Assembly (NCBI GenBank): GCA_041288095.1
Contig: JBGGMJ010000211.1
Coordinates: 63,725 to 127,724 of the forward strand
Direction: 5' to 3'
DNA from: Myxococcota bacterium
GTDB taxonomy: Bacteria; Myxococcota; XYA12-FULL-58-9; JALHOP01
DNA length: 64,000 nucleotides
A model generated the notes under the pieces. It had not been told where the DNA came from. It did no database searches and saw nothing but the letters and a program-made list of their open reading frames with translations. Each line of letters opens with the position of its first letter. Positions within the stretch are counted from its first letter, which is position 1. This document shows, piece by piece, positions 10,832-19,752 of the stretch. Both the position numbers and the translations under genes were made by a program.

Positions 10832-12342
10832 GTCGTTCGGCGGAGCTGCGGGAAGAGGATGACCTCGCGGATCGAGAGCGCATTGGTGAAGAGCATCACC
10901 AAGCGATCGATACCGAGACCGAAACCGCCGGTCGGCGGCATGCCGTGCTCGAGGGCGCGGACGTAGTCCTCGTCCATTTGATGCGCTTCTTGGTCGCCTG
11001 CCTCGCGTTGAGCGAGCTGGCCTTCGAAGCGTGCCTTTTGATCGAGCGGATCGTTGAGCTCGGAGAAGCCGTTGGCGAACTCGCGTCCGGCGATGAAGAG
11101 CTCGAAGCGATCGACGAACCACGGGTTCGAAGGCTTCTTGCGCGCGAGCGGCGAGACGTCGAGTGGGAAGTCGTACACGAACGTGGGCTGAATGAGTTTC
11201 TGCTCGGCGAAGTGCTCGAAGAGCGCCACGACGCGCCCCCCCGACGTCATCCCCTTCTGCCAAAGACTCAAGCTCTTCAAGAGCTCCGTCGACTTGGCTT
11301 CGTCACGCGCCTCTTCGGGCGACGGGCCTCCGTGCTTATGGATGGCCTCGAGCATCGACAGGCGTTGAAACGGCGCCGCCATCGAGATCTCGTGTTCGCC
11401 AAAGCGGATGTTGGTGGTACCGAGCACCGCCTGGGCCGCGCCCGCGAGCAGGTCCTCGATGAACCGCATCAGCTTCTGGTAGTCGCTGTACGCTTCGTAC
11501 GACTCCAGCATGGTGAACTCCGGATTGTGGAAGGTGCTGATGCCCTCGTTCCGGAAGTTGCGGTTGATCTCGAAGACACGCTCGAGGCCGCCGACCACCA
11601 GGCGCTTCAAGTAGAGCTCCGGCGCGATGCGCAGGTAGAGGTCGACGTCGAGCGTGTTGTGATGCGTCTTGAACGGACGCGCCGCGGCGCCGCCGGCGAT
11701 TGGATGCATCATCGGCGTCTCGACCTCGAGGAAGTCGTTCTTCACGAAGAAGTCGCGGATCCAATGCACGAGGCGCGAGCGGATGCGGAAGATGCGGCGC
11801 GTCTCGGCGTTCGAGACCAAGTCGAGGTAGCGCTGGCGATAGCGGATCTCGGTATCGGTCACGCCGTGCCACTTTTCCGGAAGTGGCCGTAGGGTCTTGG
11901 TGATGATGCGGAACAGCGAAGCCGCGATGGACAGCTCGCCGGTCTTGGTCCGCATCGGCGTACCGACGACACCGATGAAGTCGCCGATGTCCATGTGCTT
12001 CAAGAGCTCGAAGGCCTTTTCGCCGACCTTGTCCTTCTTGAGGTAGATCTGGAGCTTGCCGACGGGCTCGTTGTTGGGGCCCAAGTCGTCGGTCGTGCCG
12101 TCCTGGATGCGCAGGAACGCGGCCTTGCCCATGAGGTTCACGGCGACGACACGGCCTGCGATGGCGTGATTCTCGGTCACGGCTTCGAGAGCGGCGGCTG
12201 ATTGCTCGGTGGCGTAGCGTTTCACGAAGGCCGCGACGGTGGTGTCGACCGCGAAGTCGTTGGCGTAGGGGTCGATTCCAAGCTCGCGCAATTCGTTGGT
12301 CTTGCGCAGGCGCTGCTCGTACTGCTCGTCGCGTTCAGTCAT
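10828..12342 (-). CDS. lysS: lysine--tRNA ligase (class II)
   Basis: YRQRYLDL, EVETPMM, LRIAPELYLKRL, FRNEGIS, GMPPTGGFGLGIDRL; true start MTERDEQ at 12342, the ORF-track extension is spurious. Confidence 0.97.
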   Translation of the reverse strand: MTERDEQYEQRLRKTNELRELGIDPYANDFAVDTTVAAFVKRYATEQSAAALEAVTENHAIAGRVVAVNLMGKAAFLRIQDGTTDDLGPNNEPVGKLQIYLKKDKVGEKAFELLKHMDIGDFIGVVGTPMRTKTGELSIAASLFRIITKTLRPLPEKWHGVTDTEIRYRQRYLDLVSNAETRRIFRIRSRLVHWIRDFFVKNDFLEVETPMMHPIAGGAAARPFKTHHNTLDVDLYLRIAPELYLKRLVVGGLERVFEINRNFRNEGISTFHNPEFTMLESYEAYSDYQKLMRFIEDLLAGAAQAVLGTTNIRFGEHEISMAAPFQRLSMLEAIHKHGGPSPEEARDEAKSTELLKSLSLWQKGMTSGGRVVALFEHFAEQKLIQPTFVYDFPLDVSPLARKKPSNPWFVDRFELFIAGREFANGFSELNDPLDQKARFEGQLAQREAGDQEAHQMDEDYVRALEHGMPPTGGFGLGIDRLVMLFTNALSIREVILFPQLRRTT

Positions 12343-12453
12343 GGGGGTCGCGCGCGCAATAGCGTGCGGAATCGAAGGGGTCAAGCAACGGATTTTGTGA
12401 GTCGAAACGCCATCGTAGAGGCCTGTCCGGGTATGTGGTAAACCCTGGAAACG

Positions 12454-14103
12454 ATGTGCTTGCGCACCGTGGCTCTGGCCACGACCATGGCCTTCCTCGC
12501 CACCGGCACCGCTGCCGAGGTTGCCGCCTCTCCCGAGCGCGTGGCGGTGGCGGGAAAGCGCGCTCCATCCAAGAAGGCCAAGGCCTCGAGCAAACGTCCA
12601 CCACCTCCCGAGCCGGAGCTCGAGGCACCGGCGCTCGAAGAGCCACCGAAGCCCGCAAGCGCCGCAACTCCAGTCGCGTCGCAGGGGCCGCCGACGCTCT
12701 CCACCAAGTACCGAGCGGTGGCCATTCTGCCCTTCGATACATCGGACGTTGGTGAGTCGCTCATCCGCTCGATCGAACAGGCCCTCATCAACGAGATCGA
12801 GGACAAAGGCGGGTTTCGCGCCGTGTCGCCGCGCGACGTCGTGAGCGAAGCGGCTTCCTACGACATGAGCCCGGGCAAGTGCGCGAACGAAGATGTTGCC
12901 TGCTGGGCTCAGGTGGCCCGTCACGCCCGCGCCCACCTCGCGATCGTCACGCGCGTCGCCGCCCTCGGCGGCGTGCTCAACTTGTCGCTCCGCCTGCTCG
13001 ATGCGCAGACCGGCAGCGAGGTCGGCCGCGTCGCCGAGGCTCTGTCCGAGAAAACGGACGAGCGCGCCGCCCAGATGCATCGGATGGCCGTGCAGTTGTT
13101 CACGCCGGCGGAGTACGTCGGCACGCTCATCGTCAAAAGCGACGAAGCCGGCGCCGACATCTACCTGAACGACAAGCTCGTCGGCACCACCCCGCTCAAG
13201 GCGCCGCTCAAGAGCTTGCCGGCGGGTCCCTACATCTTGCACGTCACCAAGGAAGGCTTCGCCGACGTCTACCAGTTCGTCGACGTCGCCTATAACCGCG
13301 TCTCGACCATCACGGTGAGCCTCGCCACCAACACCATTTCGGGCGCCATCGCTTTCGGCTCCGACACGGGCTTCGGCAGCGTGTACGTCATTTCGGACTT
13401 GCCCGAGGTCGAGGTGCGTATCGACGGCGAGCCCAAAGGCATGACGCCGCTCGAAGGCGCGATCTCGCAAGTCCCTGCCGGCAGCCGGCGCTTGTCTCTG
13501 CGTCGTGGCAACGCCGCGCCGCTGGTGCGCGAGCTCAAGGTCGAGAAAGGAAAGCGCACCGACGTCGGCGTCAGCGTGGGCCCGGACGGCACCCTCACGG
13601 CGGTGGTCATGGTGAGCTCCTTGGACAGCCCCTTGCCGGTCGACCCAGGCCTGTCGACGCCGGTCGCGGGCGTCAAGGCAGCCGGGCCCACCGCCGAAGC
13701 CAGCCATCCAGTCTTCACGAGCGGACTCGTGGTTGCCGGCGTGGGTGTGGTGGCGCTCGGCATCGGCGGCGTATTCGCGAGTCAAGTGCGCTCCGCCAAC
13801 AACGCGGCCAAGGACTACGAGCGCACCATTCGTGAAAGTGACGACCCCGTGGAGCGCAACGAGGCGCGCGAGGATCTCGCCCAGCTCAACGAGGACGGTC
13901 CGGGCAAGGAGCGCAATCAGTGGATCGCGCTCGGCATCGGAGGGGGCTTGTTGCTCACCGGGGGCCTGCTCATGGCGGCGGATCATTGGCACTGGTTCGG
14001 CATCGGCGCGCAGAGCGCCGGCCGCGACCGGGACGATGGGCTCCGTATCGGGGTGATGCCGGGCCCTGGCGGCGGAATGGTGAGCATCGCGACACCGTGG
14101 TAG
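12454..14103 (+). CDS. PEGA-domain exported protein
   Basis: Signal peptide, Pro-rich linker, two PEGA repeats (GADIYLNDKLVGTTPL; VEVRIDGEPKGMTPL), C-terminal glycine-rich hydrophobic hairpin. Confidence 0.85.
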   Translation: MCLRTVALATTMAFLATGTAAEVAASPERVAVAGKRAPSKKAKASSKRPPPPEPELEAPALEEPPKPASAATPVASQGPPTLSTKYRAVAILPFDTSDVGESLIRSIEQALINEIEDKGGFRAVSPRDVVSEAASYDMSPGKCANEDVACWAQVARHARAHLAIVTRVAALGGVLNLSLRLLDAQTGSEVGRVAEALSEKTDERAAQMHRMAVQLFTPAEYVGTLIVKSDEAGADIYLNDKLVGTTPLKAPLKSLPAGPYILHVTKEGFADVYQFVDVAYNRVSTITVSLATNTISGAIAFGSDTGFGSVYVISDLPEVEVRIDGEPKGMTPLEGAISQVPAGSRRLSLRRGNAAPLVRELKVEKGKRTDVGVSVGPDGTLTAVVMVSSLDSPLPVDPGLSTPVAGVKAAGPTAEASHPVFTSGLVVAGVGVVALGIGGVFASQVRSANNAAKDYERTIRESDDPVERNEAREDLAQLNEDGPGKERNQWIALGIGGGLLLTGGLLMAADHWHWFGIGAQSAGRDRDDGLRIGVMPGPGGGMVSIATPW

Positions 14104-16367
14104 CCGCCGGACGGGCCGGGCTTTTGCTGCTCGCCGGCCTCTTCGCTTGCAGCCCGAGCCTCGAGACGCCCAGCGGCGTGCGGATTCGCTGCGTCGACCA
14201 TGATGACTGCCCGAGCGAGCGCTGCAGCACCACCGTCGGCGTCTGCATCGCGAAGGACGACGACGACTCGCCTTTGCGGATCGTCAGCGTCGAGGCGCTC
14301 GACTCACGGCACATCGTGGTGCTCTTCAATCGTGTCGTCGACCCCTCGTCAGCCGGTGACTTCACGGTCTACGCGTTGAGCCCGGGGATTTCACCGGAGG
14401 CCGCTGAGGTCGCCGACGATCACTTGAGCGTCACCGTGCAGACGACTCAGCAAAAGCTCCGCACGTACCTGGTCGATGTCGTGGATGTGTTCGACCCCAT
14501 CGGTCGTCCACTGGAGCGGACACAGAAGACCTTCACCGGCATCGGCGAACAAGTGAGCGCACTGGCGCCGACGCCGTTGGCGCCGCTCGATCACAGCCTC
14601 TTCGGTGAGCCGGAGGTCGCCTTGACCTGGAGCGCTCTCGACGACGCGGTGGACTACTCGATCGAGGTGGTGCGTCTCACACCCGCCGGCGAGATACCCA
14701 TCGTCGGTTCGCCCTTCGTCACACGCGAAACCGAGCTGAACCTGACCGTCGAAGCAGACGCCACCTATTCATGGCGGGTCACCGCGGACACCAGCCGTGA
14801 GCCGCCGGTGACGTCGTCGTTTGCTGTCTTTGGCGACGCGATCCACGTCTACTGCGCGGCGACCGCCGACTGCTCGCTGGCCGACACCTGGGACGCCGGC
14901 ACCAGCGTCAACCCGAGCCGCCGCATCGGGCGAGCCCTGGCGCTCGCGGCGTTTCTGTCGCGCGGCGAGGTTCGCATCGCGGGTCGCGGCGCCGGCGGCG
15001 CCTATGACGAAGGCTTCATCGTGGCCGCGCCCATCACGCGCATCCGTGGCGGCTACGATCCGAGCTTCACGGTGCTCGACCCCGCGGCGACACCGACCAT
15101 CATCCGTGGCGATCCAGCGGCCGTGCGGGTCATCACCACCATCCCCCTCGAGCTCTTCGATCTCGAGCTGCACGCAAGCGGCGGGGTTGCCTTGGCCTTG
15201 ACCGGCGTCGCTCAGTTTGCGGCCACGCGCCTCAACTTGTTGGCGGCCAACGGTGGACGACCGCTCGACGCGCGCCGCTGCACGGACGGGATCGTCGTGA
15301 CGTTCTCGAATCTCAGCACCGGAACGTTGGATGGTCCTGGCTTTCCGGCGCAGAGCCGGGTCACGGGCGCCTGTGAGGTCGACTTCGATCACGCCGCGAT
15401 TGGTGGCGCGGGCATCGAGGTGGTCGCCGCCGGCGCAACCTTCCTCGATTCCACGATCGCCGTGACAACGGGGCGACCCACGGGCGATCAGGATTTCCTT
15501 GGTCTCGAGATCGAGGCCGTGCTCGTCCAACGCGGCTCGGTCACGCTCCTGCGCAGCTTCGTGCGCGCCGGCACCGATGACGGAGCCGAGCGCCGGGTTG
15601 CCTTGCGCGTCCTTGGCGGCGGTAACGCAAGGGTCGACTCCAGCACCCTCGTCGCGGCGCGGGTCGGCTATGGCGAATGCGACCCCGTGAGCTGCCAGGG
15701 CTACGCGTATGCCATCGAGGGCCGTGACGTCGACGGCGTCGGGGAAGTCGATATCGTCGTGACCAACTCGGTCTTGGCCGCGAGCAGCACGCCGTTCACG
15801 AACGAGCGGACCGCGTCGGCGGTGTATTGGGTTGGCCCCGGAAGAATGTCGCTCATCCACGACATTCTCTACGCGAGCGAAGGAACTGCCCTGCAGGTAA
15901 ACCCCGGGCAGGCGTCGGGCAACGACCTTCAGGTCCTCGATAGCGCTCTGGTGTGCAGCGGCACGAGCGTCGGCGGTGACAACGTCAGCGACGTTCCACC
16001 GCGCCTGCTGCGAGCCACCGCCATCGTCGGCTGCACGACGCCGTACATGCGCTTGGGGGCCAGCTACACGACCGCGTCCGCCATCATGAGCATCAGTGAC
16101 CCCGCGCCGCATTCCTTTTCCAACCTGCATGTCTTGGCTGCCCCGGTGTCGGCGACGTTCCCCCAGTACGCTGGCGCGGACACCATACCCGGCACCGCGG
16201 ACGACGACTGGTCGTGCGGTGCGGCCTGCTCGGGCCTCGGCGAGTCGAGCCAAAACCCAATCTGTGGGTCGAGCGGCGCGTCGACCTGCGCTGCTTCGGT
16301 CACGGTGGACAGCGCGGGCGTCAATCGGACCTCGCCGGTGAGCCTCGGCCCCCGGGAGGTCGATTGA
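14097..16367 (+). CDS. lipoprotein with Cys knot, Ig/FnIII-like domains and a parallel beta-helix-like region
   Basis: GTG start at 14097, lipobox LFAC, CVDHDDCPSERC, YSWRV, GTSVNPSRRI motif, C-terminal DSAGVNR..GPRE. Confidence 0.65.
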   Translation: MVAAGRAGLLLLAGLFACSPSLETPSGVRIRCVDHDDCPSERCSTTVGVCIAKDDDDSPLRIVSVEALDSRHIVVLFNRVVDPSSAGDFTVYALSPGISPEAAEVADDHLSVTVQTTQQKLRTYLVDVVDVFDPIGRPLERTQKTFTGIGEQVSALAPTPLAPLDHSLFGEPEVALTWSALDDAVDYSIEVVRLTPAGEIPIVGSPFVTRETELNLTVEADATYSWRVTADTSREPPVTSSFAVFGDAIHVYCAATADCSLADTWDAGTSVNPSRRIGRALALAAFLSRGEVRIAGRGAGGAYDEGFIVAAPITRIRGGYDPSFTVLDPAATPTIIRGDPAAVRVITTIPLELFDLELHASGGVALALTGVAQFAATRLNLLAANGGRPLDARRCTDGIVVTFSNLSTGTLDGPGFPAQSRVTGACEVDFDHAAIGGAGIEVVAAGATFLDSTIAVTTGRPTGDQDFLGLEIEAVLVQRGSVTLLRSFVRAGTDDGAERRVALRVLGGGNARVDSSTLVAARVGYGECDPVSCQGYAYAIEGRDVDGVGEVDIVVTNSVLAASSTPFTNERTASAVYWVGPGRMSLIHDILYASEGTALQVNPGQASGNDLQVLDSALVCSGTSVGGDNVSDVPPRLLRATAIVGCTTPYMRLGASYTTASAIMSISDPAPHSFSNLHVLAAPVSATFPQYAGADTIPGTADDDWSCGAACSGLGESSQNPICGSSGASTCAASVTVDSAGVNRTSPVSLGPREVD

Positions 16368-18601
16368 TGCGCCGCATCGCCCTTCTGCTCGCGCTCTCGT
16401 CGGCCTGCAGCGTGTCCCTCGTCACTCCAGACGACGCCGTTATCGTGTGCGACGAGGACGCCGACTGCCCACTCGGCCGCTGCGATGTGGCGCTCCAGCG
16501 CTGCGTCGGAGCGGGCAGTGGCACGCCACTGCGCTTCACGTCCGCTATCGCGACCTCGTCGGTGCGGGTCGATGCCGTGTTCAATCAGCCGCTGGCGCCG
16601 CGAAGTGTCGTCGGCGCGGCGCAGGTGACGATCGTTCCAGCTCTCGCGGTCACAGGGCTCGCGCTCGACGAAACCAATCAGCGCCTCTCGGTCACTACCG
16701 AGCAGCAAGCCTTCGATGTCGTCTACACACTGACGGTCACCGGTTTTTTGGCCAGCGCCGGCGACCCGCTCGAGGAAACAGCGCGCAGCCAATCGTTCAC
16801 GTCCTTTCTCGGGCTCGCTGACCGGAATCCGCCCGCCATCATCCGGCCCGCGGACGGCAGTCGGGTGCGCGGCGGTGACGTGGACTTCGCTTGGCAAGCA
16901 ATCGGTGGCGCCACCAGCTACACGCTGGAAGTCTTCCGGCGCGGTGAGGCCGCGCCACTCGCCCTCGTCGAGGTTCCGGCCACCACGACGACCATCAGCA
17001 TCGCGCTGCCGCTCGAAGGCACGTACGACTGGCGCGTACGCGCCGACACCACCACCGCGGGCGTCTACAACAACGCCGCCTTCGATGCTCTCGTCGACGC
17101 CGTCTACGTCTCCTGTTCCGAGCCAGAGTGTCCGCCGCGTCTCGGCAATGGCAGCAGGCGGGCGCCGGTCCAACGCATCAACGAGGGTCTGGTGCTCGCG
17201 CGTCAGCTAGGCATCGGCTCGGTGCGCGTCGCGGCCCGCGCCGACGGTGGCACCTACGACGAGATCTTGGTGCTCGCGGACACACCAGTGACGATCGATG
17301 GTGGATTCGACGCCGCCTTTACCCCCGGCGCAGGCCGCGCCGAAATCGCAGCCGTCGGCACCGTGATTGTCGCCCGACCGGCCTCGGGACCGTTGCGTAT
17401 CGCCAACGTTCTGCTCTCGGCTCTGTCGGCGCCGAACCTCGAGGTCGTCAGCGTCGAGGGCGCCACCGACATCACCTTCGACGACGTCGTCATCCTGGCC
17501 GAGCCGACCATCGATACGAGCGTCGGTATCAACTGTGACGGCCGCCCGGGTATCGCCGACGTGCACCTCGCCGACGTGACCATGCTCCTCAGCACCAGCG
17601 CATCCGTGGGGGTCGAGCCCAGCGAGTCGATGGTGGGAATTCGCGGGCGCGATGCGCGTCTCGACGTCCGCGATAGCTTCCTCTCCGTGGGCTTGGAGCC
17701 GGCTGGCGGCGGAGGCCCGAACCAGATTCGCGGCATCGAGCTGCTCGGCAACGGTACGTTCGCCGCCACGCGTCTCACGGTGGGCGTCGGCTACGCGGTC
17801 GCCGTGTCGACGGCATACTTCGATGACCGCAGCGCGCGGCCGAGCGGCGCCCCGGCGTACGATTTGATCGAGGCCTCGCGTTTTTTCGTGCCGGTCAGCA
17901 ACAGCGCCATCATTGCCGTGTACATCACCCATTTGCGACGCATTGTTGTCCGCAATAGCGTCGTGGTCGCGGGCGGCGCCCCCGCGGTCGACGCGGTGCG
18001 TATCCTCGGCGGCCTCGAGGACGGCTCGCCCGGCGACGGGCCCAATTTCATCCACGACCTCATTCAGGTCACGAACGACCGGCCCTCGAACGCCATCGCG
18101 AGCAACGTCAAGGGGTTCATGGTCGCCAATTCGATCATCACGACCGATGCGTGCACCAACGTGGCCTGCGGTTCGACGACCAATCGCTGCCTATTCGTCA
18201 ACGGCGACGTGGGCCCCGCCGCGCTCGTCGGCACGGCCCTCGCGTGCGAGGCGCCCTACGCGGGCTTCGGTCTTGGCTCCCCCGACTTCAGCCAGCCCTC
18301 TCCCAGCTGCGCCGACGGCCAGGGACGCGTCATTCGCTGCACCGGCACCACCCTCGTCACGCCACCGCTCGGCGCCTATTTCACCGATGGCGACGGCGCC
18401 GACGCCAGCATCGGCACAGCCGCGGACAATGACTACCACCTGCTCGTCGGCGCACCGGCAAGCCTGCGCACCGGAGGCGTCAACTTGGCCGGCAACGTTT
18501 GCGGGTACGCCGATCAGTCATTGCCCTGCAACGCCGGCACCACCGACGCCGATGGCGTCACGCGCTCCAATCCGTTTTCGATGGGCCCCTACGAGTACTG
18601 A
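16367..18601 (+). CDS. lipoprotein, tandem paralog of 14097..16367
   Basis: TGATG coupling, lipobox SSAC, CDEDADCPLGRC, YDWRV, GSRRAPVQRI, C-terminal DADGVTR..GPYE. Confidence 0.7.
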   Translation: MRRIALLLALSSACSVSLVTPDDAVIVCDEDADCPLGRCDVALQRCVGAGSGTPLRFTSAIATSSVRVDAVFNQPLAPRSVVGAAQVTIVPALAVTGLALDETNQRLSVTTEQQAFDVVYTLTVTGFLASAGDPLEETARSQSFTSFLGLADRNPPAIIRPADGSRVRGGDVDFAWQAIGGATSYTLEVFRRGEAAPLALVEVPATTTTISIALPLEGTYDWRVRADTTTAGVYNNAAFDALVDAVYVSCSEPECPPRLGNGSRRAPVQRINEGLVLARQLGIGSVRVAARADGGTYDEILVLADTPVTIDGGFDAAFTPGAGRAEIAAVGTVIVARPASGPLRIANVLLSALSAPNLEVVSVEGATDITFDDVVILAEPTIDTSVGINCDGRPGIADVHLADVTMLLSTSASVGVEPSESMVGIRGRDARLDVRDSFLSVGLEPAGGGGPNQIRGIELLGNGTFAATRLTVGVGYAVAVSTAYFDDRSARPSGAPAYDLIEASRFFVPVSNSAIIAVYITHLRRIVVRNSVVVAGGAPAVDAVRILGGLEDGSPGDGPNFIHDLIQVTNDRPSNAIASNVKGFMVANSIITTDACTNVACGSTTNRCLFVNGDVGPAALVGTALACEAPYAGFGLGSPDFSQPSPSCADGQGRVIRCTGTTLVTPPLGAYFTDGDGADASIGTAADNDYHLLVGAPASLRTGGVNLAGNVCGYADQSLPCNAGTTDADGVTRSNPFSMGPYEY

Positions 18602-18604
18602 CGC

Positions 18605-19718
18605 CTACTCGAGCTCTTTCTGATCGGTCGCTGTCTTACCCAGCAGATACGACTCGATGAAGCCATCGAGGTCGCCGTCGAGGACAGCGTCGGTGTTGCC
18701 CGCTTCGTGTCCGGTGCGATGATCCTTCACGAGACGATACGGCTGCAGAACGTACGAACGGATCTGCGAGCCCCACTCGATCTTCTTGCGGTCACCGGCG
18801 AGCTTCTCGCGCTCTTCATCGCGCTTGCGCAGCTCGAGCTCGAAGAGCTTGGCGCGCAGCATCTTCATCGCCTTGGCGCGGTTCTTGTGCTGGCTACGCT
18901 CCGCCTGACAGGCGACGACGATGCCGGTGGGCATGTGCGTCAGGCGGATGGCCGACTCCGTCTTGTTGACGTGCTGACCGCCCGCTCCGCTCGAGCGGTA
19001 GGTATCGACACGCAGATCTTCGTCGCGGATCTCCACCTGCACGTCGTCGTCGATCTCGGGCGCTGTCGCGACCGAGGCAAACGAGGTGTGACGACGCTTG
19101 GCCGAGTCGTAGGGGCTGATGCGCACCAAGCGGTGCACTCCCTGCTCCGCCTTCAGATACCCATAGGCGTACGGGCCGGTGATCTCGAGCGAGGCGCTCT
19201 TGATGCCGGCTTCTTCGCCGTGCTGGATGTCGAGCACCTCGACCTTGAAGTCGTGCTGCTCGGCCCAGCGGCTGAGCATGCGCATGAGCATCTGCGCCCA
19301 ATCCTGGCTCTCGGTGCCGCCGGCTCCGGCGTTGATCGAGAGGAGCGCGTTGTTCTTGTCGTATTCGCCACCGAGCATGCGCTGCAGCTCGAACTGCTCG
19401 ATGGTCTTCTTCGCCGTGCCGATGTTGTTGTCGACCTCGGCGGCAATCTCGGCGTCCTGGTCGGCGAGCTCGAGCAAGCCGTCGGCGTCCGAGATCAGCT
19501 TTCCCACGTAGCGGAACTGCTGCACGACGCGCTCGAGCCGCGTGCGTTCTTGCTGGAGCTTGGCGGCGGCCTGGGCGTCTTGCCAGAGGGCGGGGTCACC
19601 CGAGCGTTCTTCTATCTCGACGAGCTGTCTCTCCAAGCCGGCGATGTCAAAGATGCCTCCGCAGCAAGGAGACTCGGTCTTGGAGCTGCGTGAGGAGTGG
19701 CTTGCGGTCGTCGCTCAT
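18605..19718 (-). CDS. prfB: peptide chain release factor 2, expressed via programmed +1 frameshift
   Basis: GGTESQDWA, GVHRLVRISPY, GAGGQHVN. The upstream ORF MSDDRKPLLTQLQDRVSLLRRHL ends in CTT-TGA-C and continues in the +1 frame as DIAGLERQ. Confidence 0.96.
19646..19660 (-). promoter_or_regulatory. prfB programmed ribosomal frameshift site
   Basis: GGAGG-CAT-CTTTGAC: internal SD 3 nt before the slippery CTT TGA C. Confidence 0.95.
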
Positions 19719-19752
19719 GGAGCAGGCATCTGCATGCCCAGCCTCGTGAAAG

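Noticed and set aside
10832..11263. Further N-terminal extension of lolC/E
   Set aside because: It overlaps lysS in another frame and is Arg-rich non-coding-like sequence; GTG at 10831 fits translational coupling.
12343..13992. 1054-aa LysS with a large N-terminal extension (ORF track)
   Set aside because: The extension is the antisense shadow of the PEGA gene; LysS homology begins at MTERDEQ (12342).
18605..19718. prfB as a pseudogene
   Set aside because: The in-frame stop lies in the canonical programmed frameshift context.
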